Source: Bispira polyomma (taxonomy: Eukaryota). Taken from it: a DNA stretch of 64,000 bases. Below the pieces are notes generated by a model. That model saw only the letters and a program-made list of their open reading frames with translations. It had not been told where the DNA came from and ran no database searches. The stretch's first letter is position 1; the number at the start of each line of letters is the position of its first letter. The stretch lies in contig OZ287753.1 in NCBI GenBank assembly GCA_965649765.1, forward strand, positions 70,246,001-70,310,000. The letters are read 5' to 3'. This document shows, piece by piece, positions 39,707-51,597 of the stretch. The position numbers and the translations under genes were made by a program.

Positions 39707-40984
39707 TAAAGGGGTAGAACCTTGGGTACCCATGGCAACATCCTGTCAACAGGGTAATCTCTGAAGCTGTAAGGAGTTGTGCTCTTAAATTTGGTATATA
39801 TACTCTCTCTGGTCAATAGTTGGTCCAAAATTAATTTGGTTTGATTATATGTGGTAAAGTAAAAGTTATTCAAGTTTTATATATTGGGATAGTCAGAGTT
39901 GATTGATGGGTCCTTTCCCACACTAAACAGCATGACACACATGGTATTTATGTGTGCCTGTGTGTGTGTGTGTCTGAAAACACTGTTTGGTGCAACAAGT
40001 GAATGACATCACAGCCTAGAGATCAGAGAGTGTGTGTGTGACTGGGGTGTACACTTGTCAGTTCTCATGCATATACTGCTGGTCACAATATTTGGCTTGA
40101 TTACAATTGCTTTATTTTTTTTTTACTGTTTTATTATTTTTTATTAATTTCATACAATCTAATCATATATGTTAAAAATGCTTTGAGCCTAAAGCAATCA
40201 TTTTATTGGGGTATGTTTAAAACAACAACGCATACATTTACTTTCATCCTAACTATAAAAACTGGCTTTGAAAATTGAAACAGTTATAACAGAACATAAT
40301 TTTGACAACCAGTGTACTGCTGTAAAAGGAATGCAAACTGCCAAAGTCAAACACCTCCCTTCTCATATACATACACTGATGGTGACAATGTCTGTCCAGG
40401 TCATGGTTGGTTTATTTTATTTCTTTGTTGGTTCTTTTCATCAATGTGAACACAACATAAAGATCTGTTGAACTGGACTTCAACTAAGTTGTGTATTTAC
40501 CTTAAATCACTATACTTTTCTTTTTTTAGAGTTTAAAACATCAATACGAACCTTAACTCACCCTACAAAAATATGGCTTTAAAAATGACACAACAATGGT
40601 CTGAATACTATTTTTACAAGCAGTGTACAGTAATACAACTCTCCAAAGAACCTTGGAAAGAAAATGGGAAGGGGTATCAGTACCAGTACAAAAACCAGAA
40701 AGCTGGGAGGGGAGAGGGGGGGAGGGGGGGAGGGGGACTAGTACAAAAGCCAGAAAACTGGGAGAGGGAGGGGGGATTTCTAATGAAACTTTATACATAC
40801 TACATGCATGAAAGACAAATTTTGTTCTGTGCATGTGAAAAAATATAGAACAGCTTTACAATACTTTCTATATAAAATTGTAAAATAAAACATTTTAGAG
40901 GTTTTACAGTCAGCATATTTATTATAATTTAATTATTAATTATAACTACGAATTATGTCTTATATAATGTGGTTGGTTGTTAGA

Positions 40985-43680
40985 GGTTTATTTATATTTA
41001 TTTTTTCTTTCTTTTACAAAAAGACACATACAGTACAATAATTACACAATACAGATATATGTAGTACAAACATATAAACATATATGGTAATTTACATTTC
41101 AGAAATAATTTCATGGCAATTATGTTATAATATATTTTCCTGACAGTAACTAAAGTCCAAAAGTATCAATCTTCTTTATTACTCTTCTTATTAATGATCA
41201 AATAGTCTAATATTATACTATATAAATACTTTTTGTTTGCATAAAATTTAATATTGATTGACACACCAATTAAATTCTCTAAGACTTTTGGTTTACTTTA
41301 ATTTGACAGCTCTCAAAACTATTCAGATTTACTGAGAGATAAATATAAAATCCTGATAAATTTTGCAAAGATCAAGCTTTTATTTTTTGTTCTGCATTGG
41401 TTGATATACCATATGTTATGAAAGATTTATCATTTTTTCTTTTTCCCTTTTATCTGTTGCTTTTTTATCAAATAATACTTCACATATGGTTAAGTTTAAT
41501 GATGATCCAAGGTTTAATGCCAACCAATTTTCTGTCCAAAACTGTTCACAATATATACAATAAAACAGGTGGTTTTCCAGTGTGTCAACATTATTACAAT
41601 AAATACATATGGGGCTATCTTTGATTTTCCATTTCAATAAATTGTAATTGCAGTTTAATATTCTATGTACAATTTTATATCCTGGAATGTCTGTAAATAT
41701 GTTAACAGCTTCATGTACAGCTATATATATATTACTCCAAAGAGCCGATTTTAAGAAAGGAAATAAATCAATCTAAATATTTACTGCAGTTGGTTCCTGT
41801 ATTTTACTACTCAGTATTTCCCAGTACCGTGCTTTATTAGTGGCCTTACTGAGGCTTACAAGTTTACCTTTTATTCTAATTGTTATGTCTCCATGTATTG
41901 TTACGTTACTACTATTATTTCAAGGATTTAGATTTATTTATGCCAAGGGGTATGACTTGTGTCTTTGCTTTATTTATTTTCAGACCTGAACACTTTTCAA
42001 AATGTGTTAAAGTTAAGACCAGATTTTGTATTGCCTGAAACTTATTCAGGAAGAGGGTTCTGTCATCTGCCAATTGACATATTTTATACTCTTCATTATT
42101 AATCATAATTCCAGAAATCAGTTTATTCTTACGAATACTAATTATTTGCCATAATTTCAGCTACGAGAATAAAATGTGATGCAGATATATGGGACATGCC
42201 TGTCTTATGCCTCTGCTAAGAGTAAAAGGTTCTTAAAAATAACCGTTATTACAAACACATGCCTGAATATCCGTACACAAAATTTTCACCCATTTTACAA
42301 AATATTCTCCAAAATTGAAGGATTTTAAACTTTTAAATAGAAACGACCAATTTATACTGTCAAAGGCTTTTTCAAAATCCACTAATACTATATATCCTGG
42401 CACATTATTTATATTAGTATGTGCTATAATATTCTCTATAATTCTTACATTTTTGCCTATGTATCTCCCTTTGATATACCCTACTTGATCATTATTCACC
42501 AGTTTTGGTAATAGCTTTTGTAATCTATTGGATAATGCCTTCGTCAAGATTTTGTAATCAGTATTTAAGATACTAACAGGTCTCTAATTACGCAAGTTTC
42601 TTAAATCTTTACGCTCTTTGGGAATTAGATTTAGAATACCTCTCTTTTGATCATTTGATAATGTGCCATTTTTTAATGAATAAATAAAACTGCCAAATAG
42701 CAAATCTTTAAGATCTAGCCAAAAGAATTCATTAAAGTTGGTTGTAAAACCATCACTGCCAGGTGTTTTGTCATTTTCTACGACTTTCAATGATTTTGAG
42801 ATTTCTTCGATGTTTAAGTTCATTTCACAAAGTGATTTTTCAAGTTCAGTCAATTGTGGTAAGACTTTTGTAGAAAAGTGATTATCTGGTTCTTTTTTAA
42901 GCTGTTTCTTTCTTGGCAAATGAAGGGTCTTGTAAAAGTTTTGCTCCTCATTTAAAATCTCATGTGGTTCTGTGATTTCAGTTCTGTCATTTTTAACCAG
43001 TGTTTTAATGTATTTAATATCATAATTTCTCTTTTCTACATTCAAGAAATACTTAAATGTTATAGCACATACGTAGCCCTTTTTCCTAAAAAAAAATTCC
43101 TTTCATGTTATTAAGATAAAGGGTTTTTAGCTACTTAGGTAAGATTAATGTCTTCTTTGCACTTTGTCTTCAAAGAGATTCACCTTCTTAAGTGTACATA
43201 TGATAATTTAATTCAAAGGGTATAGTTACTCATTCATCTGTTATATGACCTTTTCATCTATGCTCAGAAGCTGAAAATTCAAAGGTTAACTCCTGGGAAA
43301 AAGTGTTGCATATGTGCTATAACATTTAACATTGATATGTAATGTTTTTTGTTTTACCATGTTTTTACTTGAATAAAAGTTTGATATATAATGTTTTTTT
43401 TTTCTTTTTGCCCCCTTTTGGAAAAAAAGGGAGCATTTGAGACACCCCCCTTAAAAAAGGGGGGCAACTGGTAGCCCCTGTAAAAAAAGGGGGCAAATGG
43501 TACAGGAAAACCATATTTTTCTCTCCCCATTCTTTTTTCATTTTCAATGGTACAATGAGTTTCTTGTAAAAAGACAATACCAGGATGTGATGTTTTAAGC
43601 CATTGAAATATGTTTTGCCTTTTATTTTTATCTCTCAGCCCCCTACAGTTAAATGAGTTCAAAATCAAGTTTATCTGTCA
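40985..43680 (-). mobile_element. Tx1/L1-like LINE ORF2, fragmented, with internal deletions, in protease intron 1
   Basis: APE start SFNCRGLRD...FLQETH; KTPGSDGF; LVDFEKAFDSINW; QLADD; CIYC...HLFYC. Confidence 0.9.
43057..43325. mobile_element. MITE with ~30 bp TIRs flanked by TTAA
   Basis: TTAA-atgttatagcacatacgtagccctttttcc...ggaaaaagtgttgcatatgtgctataacat-TTAA. Confidence 0.8.
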
Positions 43681-44444
43681 TTCTATTTGCTTACATGTCC
43701 TTAATCCAATGTTGACACACTGAACTTTCTTGTAATTTTTTAGTGCTTTTCAAAATTAAACTTTGCCAGGTGTACCTTACCATTGTTACTACTCCACATT
43801 TTCAACTCTTCTAAAAAAAAAAGCCATACAACACACAAAAACAGACACACATGTATTACACAACAAGACAAAAACTTATTTGGAGTTATTACATATGATT
43901 CAAAAGTTTTAACTTGGAAATCTTTACCAATTTTATTCCTGACAAAATGCAAATGTATGTCTTTTTCTACAAATTTATATAGCCTAAAATATGTATCACA
44001 TGTACATGCCATCTCAATCTATTTTAATTCCAATTATTCCGTAATAGCTTGTGGTACAATTAAATTTATATCTAAAGTAAACAAAAATATGCACTAAATA
44101 GCACACCTTTAATATGAATTTTAATAACACAGTTAATACAATACAGTTAATAGTTATCAGACAAGTGTTTTTACATTTGGCCATTTACCTCAACACATAT
44201 ATAGATATAAATTTTGCCAGATTAAACAATTTGTATTTTGACATTCAACATACACATATTGTCATACAAGATGTTATTATACCTGATTGATTGTTCATCA
44301 GTATAAGTATATGCGATTACATAATACCTTCATTTAGTATAAGTATATTTTTTATTCTATTAGTTACACCTGATTGACTGTTCATCAGTATAAGTATATG
44401 CGATTACATATTTGTATAAGTATATATTTTTTCGATTAGTTGCC

Positions 44445-44615
44445 ACTTGCTGGTATCTAACAGCTCCACCAACCGTCTTAAACTGTTTCTTCACAGTAAC
44501 ACTCATTCCATCTGTCCACTATTTTGGATTTTTGATTAATGTTTTGGGTTTGTTGCGCCTTAGAATTTGTTGTACAAAGATTAAGCGCTATAAAAGTACG
44601 ACTAGATTAGATTAG
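44445..44615 (+). mobile_element. Short 3'-end copy of the (ATTAG)n-tailed L2 family
   Basis: gttttgggtttgttgcgccttagaatttgttgtacaaagattaagcgctataaaagtacgactagattagattag matches the reverse complement of ~60262-60365. Confidence 0.8.
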
Positions 44616-45275
44616 CGACATCAAAAGAATCAGAAACCACTTGTCCATGGACACAGCGATAACTGTGGCAAATGCCCTTGTGAGTAGCCGCCTCGACTAC
44701 TGCAATTCTCTCTTGTACGGAGCAAACAAGTCACACATTAAAAAGCTCCAGTCCATCCAAAACTACCTATGTAGGGTCATTTTTCGCCTGGGTTGTCGCA
44801 CAGACGTCACTCCTTACCTCAAAAAATTACACTGGCTGCCCATTAAATCTCGCATTTTGTTTAAGGTTCACGTTACTACTTTTAAGGCTGTAGTCACTCA
44901 ACAGCCCCCCCTACCTTGTCTCCCTTCTTTCCTTCAGTAACCGCAAGAGAGGCAACAGACTCTCCGGCACTTTGGTCAGACCAATCAGAAAGGTAGGATT
45001 CAGAGCGTTCTCCACTGCAGCTTCACAGTTATGGAACAGTCTCCCAGTCGACCTCAGATCAGTTGACACACTTATCGGTTTTAGGAAAAAGCTTAAAACC
45101 TATCTTTTTAATCTTGCCTACCCACCTTAGCTTCCCTCGTGCACGCTCCCACTTCCTTCCTTCTGACTTTGCAATGTCCATGGACTTAATAATTGGACCA
45201 ATGATTCTGCTGTTGCGCTTTAGAAGATGCCTAGCATCAATAAAGCGCATTAAAAATCTATATTAATAACAATAA
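44616..45275 (+). mobile_element. 5'-truncated L2-clade LINE
   Basis: ANALVSSRLDYCNSLL, KKLHWLP, LWNSLP...KLKTYLF; 3' end gcgctttag...taaagcgcattaaaaatcta. Confidence 0.88.
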
Positions 45276-46513
45276 TAATTTATTTTCCTGACAGTTTTAT
45301 TTTTTCATATTCCATTGATCCTTCTTCTCTGATGGGTGATGCTTTTATATTCATTCTTTTTGTAACTATATCCTGAGAAACAGGGGGTACAAGTAAGTCA
45401 TCTGCTCCTCTTTTACTCATTCTATTTCTACAATAACACTTGGCTTCAATTAAAGTATTTTCTCTCTACATTTGCATGATTTCCATGTCAAAACAATAAT
45501 ATCCTTTAATTAGCACATTTGAAAGAGATGTTGGTGGTATTTTTATTCCTAATCAACCTTTTTGCACTTATTCACTAGTCCTTCCTGCTATTATTTCTAA
45601 CACTACTGGTATTGTTCCTCTAATTGGGTATGTTTTTAATTTTTTTTATTTATAATATATGATATAGTGTCAGCGGCGGTTTACTGGACCTGTGACCAAA
45701 TGATTGGATCTATAAGAATAATCCACTTAAAATATTTGTTTCGTGTAATAACACCTATATCAGAAAAGACTATCATCTATCCATTTAGTCTGTATTTGTA
45801 TATTGATTAATCTAATAGCTGTACACAAGAGTATAACTTATGGCCAACCAATAAGGACTTAAATTTTGCTGTATATTTCCCCTTTAAAAAGAACATAATA
45901 AACTGCTGTGTCAGATTTACAACGATTTGCTATTGTAAAGAACTCTGTCCCATGCCATGTGTACCATCAGTAAATCCAAGCATTGTTTAGGACAGAAAAC
46001 CTGGTCTATTACTACAGTATCGACCACAACATCACTGGAGTTATGCAGCCCAGAAATTGGGCCTCACACCTGCACATAACAAACTAGTCATTTTCTTGTG
46101 TAAAAAATTTAAAAAAAATTATCGAAACATTTTTTTAAGTGATTCGGTTGTTTACTTGTTTATACATAGATGTCTCAGATTTGAGTTTTTCCCTTTGGCT
46201 TAACCTACTAGGTACCCACAGTAGATGGTTCTCGAAATCCATTTCAAACCGCTAACTAGTAACTGGTTCGCTATTTTCGGACTCATCAGTAACTTGCTTT
46301 GCAGTGGCATTATCATGATATGGCTGCCAGGCCATTCTCCTCTTGTTAACGATAACATGACAAAAAGTCAAAATTTATTTCCCAGTCATCAAGATAAATT
46401 ACCAATATGTTGTGTTAGTTTGAATGCCACAAAAATGATTAATTTAAAATGTTGTAAGATAACTGATTTCCATACCTAATATACAGTTTTTGTGTTTTAC
46501 TGTTCCACTCTAG

Positions 46514-46728
46514 ATGAGCACAAGATTGCCCTTGTTACTGAGCTGAACAAAGGCTCTGGCTATGAGAGATCCCTGGAGCTCTTCCCAGATACCCTGGATG
46601 TTGAGGTGCAGACTGATGAGGGGGCAGAGAGGCTCCATCTAGTGAGACAGAAGAGTCTGAATGTCAGGTCCATTCCAGTGGAGTATGACTCACCTGAACT
46701 CAACCAGAGACAGTTCAAGTTAACCAAG
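46514..46728 (+). CDS. M12B protease exon 2, prodomain (DEHKIALVTE...RQFKLTK)
   Basis: ttccactctag acceptor, aag|gttagg donor; phase 1 to 0; FPDTLDVEV...LHL resembles a reprolysin prodomain. Confidence 0.85.
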
Positions 46729-47190
46729 GTTAGGGAGAATAATAATCATCAGTCACATATTAAAGCATCTATTGTATAACAGTTTAACCAAGGTTAGGAA
46801 GAATAATAGTCACCAGTCATATTTTAAAGCATCTATTGTATATAACAAGTTAACCAAGGTCAGGGAGAATAATAGTCATCAGTCATATTTTAAAGCATCT
46901 ATTGTATATAACAGGTTAACCAAGGTTAGGGAGAATAATAGTCATCAGTCATATTTTAAAGCATCAATTGTATATAAAAGTTAACCAAGGTTAGAGAGAA
47001 TAATAGTCATCAGTCATATTTTAAAGCATCAATTGTATATAAAAGTTAATCAAGTTTAGGGAGAATAATAGTCATCAGTCATATTTTAAAGCATCAATTG
47101 TATATAAAAGTTCACCAAGTTTAGGGAGAATAATAGTCATCAGTCATATTTTAAAGCATCTATTGTATAACAGGTTAACCAAGGTAATAT
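46717..47190 (+). repeat. Minisatellite, 64-66 bp unit, 7 units, each containing the exon 2 end and donor position
   Basis: aagttaaccaag|gttagggagaataatagtcatcagtcatattttaaagcatctattgtatat repeated. Confidence 0.95.
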
Positions 47191-47220
47191 TTTAAGGTAT
47201 CTGTACCACACATATTGTAT

Positions 47221-47445
47221 TTTAGATTTTTAACGTACATTATTGATGCGAGACATCTTCTAAAGCACAGCAACCAAATCAATCAACCAATCATGTGTCT
47301 TACAACATATAGCCTGTGTCGTCATCAGTAGGCAATAGCATGTTCACATCTTGCACAAGTATGTTATCTCACCATAAGCAGGAGCCGAACCTGGGACCTT
47401 CCAATCACCAGGCCAACTCTCTAACCACTAGCCCACGGGAGACCA
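47221..47445 (-). mobile_element. tRNA-derived SINE with L2-derived 3' tail
   Basis: Reverse strand: gtgggctagtggttag A-box, ggttcggctcc B-box; tail gtgctttagaagatgtctcgcatcaataatgtacgttaaaaatcta resembles 45212-45260. Confidence 0.75.
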
Positions 47446-48181
47446 CCGATTTACTGAGTCATCAGTAAGATATCAAAGAATCTGTATGCTACGTAATGAT
47501 TCAATACGCTGAAAAAGTTACAATCTCATACTGCAGTTATATACTATTATAGTGTTTGTACACTGCATCCGACAAAACTGCACATTTTTAAAACCCACCT
47601 TTATCACATTCCCATATGATCAGACTGAAAATCAGAATATTTTCTTTTTAAACAGTTGGATCAGATGCTAAACCTCAGATCGGATGTGATTGTTCGATGT
47701 TTGTATAGACAAATGATTTTTTACACTCTTCATGTGTCTGTTCATAAAATCATAGTCGAATCGGATTGTCATATAAAAGACAGTTACCAAAACTGATTTT
47801 GTGATACTTTATAGGAGGTTCAAAATCGAAGACAGTTTAGGTTAATCAAGGTTAGAGCGTCATCCTCAATATATAAATTAATGTATCAGTGGACATTCTT
47901 AACTGGACAAAAAATTTCACTATTGCCTGTTTGTTAGGTAAAATATTGATCCAAGTTCAAAGTTTCACTGGCCTACTTACTGCTAATATTATGGAATATT
48001 GTACGTCACCATAATCTAGTGACTTTGCTATCTACTAACTATTCTCCTTACTTCTTACCTAGGTGCATTTTGAAATGCTGGATTTAAACCCACATTGGTG
48101 ATAGGCCAGTGATTGTGAAGTTGGAATGGCCCCAAACTACTTTATTAGGCTCATTGGCAAATCTACCTTTTTCTTCTGCAG

Positions 48182-48268
48182 GATGTTGCCTATTATCAAG
48201 ACCTAGACAAGGTGGCCCCAATAAGAGTAGAAGCAACCTTTGATGGTGGTGTGGCAAAGCGAACTCTT
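48182..48268 (+). CDS. M12B protease exon 3 (DVAYYQDLDKVAPIRVEATFDGGVAKRTL)
   Basis: ttcttctgcag acceptor, gtaagt donor, 87 nt, phase 0-0. Confidence 0.85.
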
Positions 48269-48651
48269 GTAAGTGGTTTTCCTATCTTTATAAAAATCAT
48301 GGAGCAATTTACTTTAGTGGTACAAGCTGTGTTTGTGTACAGACATTTACCAAGATGGCAGAAATTTGTATATTAAAAATGGACATTTTGAAGTACTTTA
48401 AATGTGATAACATAAAGGAGGACACAGGGCAGGTTTCGATCCATGGATCTCCCGCTCCCAAGGCCAACCCTTCACAGTTGAGCTAAAGGGAAACCCCAGT
48501 AGTCCAAGTAATTAATGCGTTGTTATACCTATACAAGGATATAATATAATAACTAATTGTAACTAATAGAATATGAGGAAAAAATACAAATATTGCTTGA
48601 TTTCAAAGCCCAAGTTAAATTTATCCGACATATTTAAAATCAACCCTTTAA

Positions 48652-49651
48652 AGCCAAGTCACACCTACAGGTGCTGGAGCTATGTGTGTGTGACATTTTC
48701 AATTGTTTGGAAAGCTAGTATAAACGTAGTAGAAGGTAACGCCAAAATGAGGATTCCTGGTGCGTTCGTTCAATGATGTTGCTTGACGGATGATATTGTC
48801 CCGTAAACGTCTTCGTTTGATCAGCTGCAGAGCTCTCCGCTTCTTCGTCTCCACTCGTCTGTATAAGTAGCTTAATTAGTGAGCGTTTCCATGCAGGCAA
48901 CTTTCTGAGGCGATCAGGTGACGGCCGGCGGCGATTCTATCAGTTTCATTGATTTATAACCAAGTGTTTCCATGTGAGCCACGCCGATAGGCGACAGGCA
49001 ATGCCAGGCGATTTTTTCGGTACTAGGAGCGAAAAAAATCGCTTGGCATTGCCCGTCGCCTTGTAAACATTGCCGGTTTTTTAAATAACTCAAAAATTAC
49101 TGAAGGTATAAATGTTATGAAAATGTGCTGAGAAAGTTTATTTTATCGGGTATATTGTGCTTTTTGTTGCATCAAAATCGGTTGAGAAATGGCTAAGATA
49201 TTCAGGTTTGAATACAGGTGTCTATTTTTCTCAAATACTTGTATGGAAAAAAAAATTGAAAATTGCCTGTTATACGTCGGCTGGTTGCCTCAGAAAGTTG
49301 CCTGCATGGAAACGCTCACTAACGTAGCAGTAAGTAGTGAGTAGTGATATCCTTTCCACTCATTGTGGGACATTTAACTTGGTAGCAAAACGCAGCAGAA
49401 TGCATCTGTAAGTAGCATACAGTAAATCTACGTAGTAGTAGGTAGAGATATCATACCAGTAAAGTGATCGATTTTTGCCCCCGCTTTGTGTGTACAAGTA
49501 CCAACATCGTCACAAAAACGTCACAAAACGTCACAATTGAGCCCCCCCCCTTTATGGAAATGACGTCACTTTGACACAAAACTACCACATTTTCAGTTTA
49601 TATTGCTTAGGTACGTTGGGGGACGTTAACACGTGTAGGTGTGACCAGGCT
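48652..49651. mobile_element. Non-autonomous DNA transposon (Harbinger-like TIRs) containing a nested MITE
   Basis: agccaagtcacacctacaggtg...acacgtgtaggtgtgaccaggct inverted termini; TSD not clean. Confidence 0.65.
48879..49319. mobile_element. Young MITE with a perfect ~33 bp TIR, TA-flanked
   Basis: gtgagcgtttccatgcaggcaactttctgaggc...gcctcagaaagttgcctgcatggaaacgctcac. Confidence 0.88.
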
Positions 49652-49995
49652 ATTAGGACATTTAATATCTCCACACAATAATTTTAGTAAAATATTGCTT
49701 GATTTCGATGTCCAAGTTTACAATTTGAAGTGAGAATTTATCTGATATATGTAAAAGCAACCCCCATAACTATGCACTAGAACCTATATTATCCGAACAC
49801 CTTGGGGGGAACCAGTATATATTTGGACAATAGAGAAAAATTTCACTGTGATAAACCAAAAAATAAAGTACCGGCCTAAATTAATGGCTGTAAAAATGGC
49901 CAGATTAAATAGCATATAGGTGAACTCTTTTAAAGTATACAATACTATACATACTAAGGTAAAAGTACAGAATATACTGAAAGTACTGATATTTA

Positions 49996-50228
49996 CAGTA
50001 AGGAATTTAAAATTTGCCACTGTATCTGATATTTGCCACCAACCTAAAATTGAAGCTAAATCAATAAGAACTGGTGGAAAAAAACTTGAATTTATGCAAG
50101 TACGGAAAAATAGTCAAAAAAACAGATCTTGATTTTAACAAATATTGCCCACAATTCTACCCCGAAAACACCACCTTTTCTAGGTGGTGAATTTCAGAAT
50201 ACAGTGACGAATTTCAGATTCCTTACTC
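49996..50228. mobile_element. Tc1/pogo-like MITE (related copy at ~22855-23050)
   Basis: cagtaaggaatttaaaatttgccactgtatctga...tcagaatacagtgacgaatttcagattccttact inverted termini. Confidence 0.7.
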
Positions 50229-50275
50229 TTAAAATCACTTGGGTTCCATTTTTTACGTTTCACATCTGTTTCCAG

Positions 50276-50444
50276 ACCGGGACTATGATTCACCACAAGC
50301 GGGCCTACGAGATCCACCCTGGATCTTCCTTCTTACAGTCCGTGTCCGACATCTTAGAGGAGAAAGGACTGGGACCTGAACACCAACACACAGTACATGT
50401 CCTGAAAAAGATCAACATCCGGGATTATCTGCGACCCGACAGAA
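50276..50444 (+). CDS. M12B protease exon 4 (TGTMIHHKRAYEIHP...DYLRPDR)
   Basis: ctgtttccag acceptor, a|gtgagt donor, phase 0 to 1; G....YEIxP prodomain pattern. Confidence 0.85.
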
Positions 50445-50965
50445 GTGAGTATAATTGTTGTTTCGAAAATTTGGGAGAGTGGAAGTGAGTTCATTAAATT
50501 TGAATACATGTATTCAGGTAAGTTCGGATAATAGAGGTTTGGACACCAGTACATGTCCTGACAAAAGGTCAACATCCAGGACTACCTGCGACCCAACAGA
50601 AGTGAGTTTAAGAGTGCAAATAAGTTTATCGAATATTCAGATGACAGAAATTTAAAAGGTCATAAAATATGAGAGACATTTGAGAGATCGGAAGGTGTGT
50701 TATTCGTATATTGAGTAATAGAAGTTCAGATAAAAGAGGTTGATACATAGTACACATCCTGAAATAGGTCAACATCTGGCCGGGACAACTTGGGACCCGA
50801 CAGAAGTGAGTTGAACTGTTGTGTCTAAATTTAGAAGAGTGAAAATGAGTTCATAAAATTGAATATATTCAGACAATAGTAGTTTCAGATAAAAGAGGTT
50901 CACACAAACTACATGTCCTGACTAAAGGTCCATATCTGAGACTACTAGCTCCTATCTGACAGAGG
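50380..50965 (+). repeat. Degenerate tandem repeat (~160-200 bp unit, 4 copies) of the exon 4 3' end, donor and downstream intron
   Basis: agtacatgtcctga...tcaacatc...gaccc(g/a)acagaagtgagt recurs at ~50548, ~50749 and, decayed, ~50908. Confidence 0.85.
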
Positions 50966-51075
50966 GCACTCAGTTTAGTGGTGGAAGAAACTGGGAGTAC
51001 AGTATAGAACCCTGTATTATCCAAAACTTACTGAGAGAGGAAGATTTTGTTTGGATAATAAACAAGGTCATAAAA

Positions 51076-51597
51076 TTCCTCCAGAGAGTCCAAAATGCTC
51101 TCTGTCGAATTGTTTATAGGCTTGACAGATTTGCCATGTCACCCCTTACTTTCAAAAACTCCACTGGCTTCCCATTGAACATCGCATCCTTTTCAAGTAC
51201 AACCTGCTAGTTTTCAAGGCTAGTAACTATTCCCAACCTCCCTACCTATCTTCCTTAATCAAGTCCAGCAGCCTCACACGTGGAAAATCGACTATCTGTT
51301 TCACTTCGCCCTGAACGAAAAATTCGAAGGCCCAGCTTTGCTGTCGCGACACCAGCAGAATGGAACAGGTTGCCACAAAATATCAGATCCCAGCAGACAC
51401 TATCAGGTTTTCTAAGTCAGCTCAAGACTCACTTGTTCAGACTGGCATATCCCCCACCTTAGTTACTTCCTGGTTGGCACTCACTTGGTAATGACCTTCG
51501 CTTGATAACAGACAATCCCTTTTTGGAATTCAGCGCATTAGAGGATTTTTATCAATTTTGCGCTTTATAAATGCTTCTATCATTATTATTTATTATA
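51076..51597 (+). mobile_element. 5'-truncated L2 (same family as 1441-2820) inserted into a Tigger-like MITE (~50998-51705)
   Basis: ctccagagagtccaaaatgctctctgtc...cccaacctccctac nearly identical to 2648-2815; FAVATPAEWNRLP...LKTHLFRLAYPPP; (ATT)n tail. Confidence 0.88.

Noticed and set aside
40660-40780. G-rich tract with G-quadruplex potential and overlapping short ORFs
   Set aside because: Low-complexity intronic sequence with no other support for function.
46255-46300. Hammerhead-like core on the minus strand (ctgatgagtccgaaaatagcgaacc); similar ctgatgacaattttgtcaaac at 2949
   Set aside because: The GAAA core is incomplete and stems I/II do not pair convincingly; a covariance-model search would be needed.
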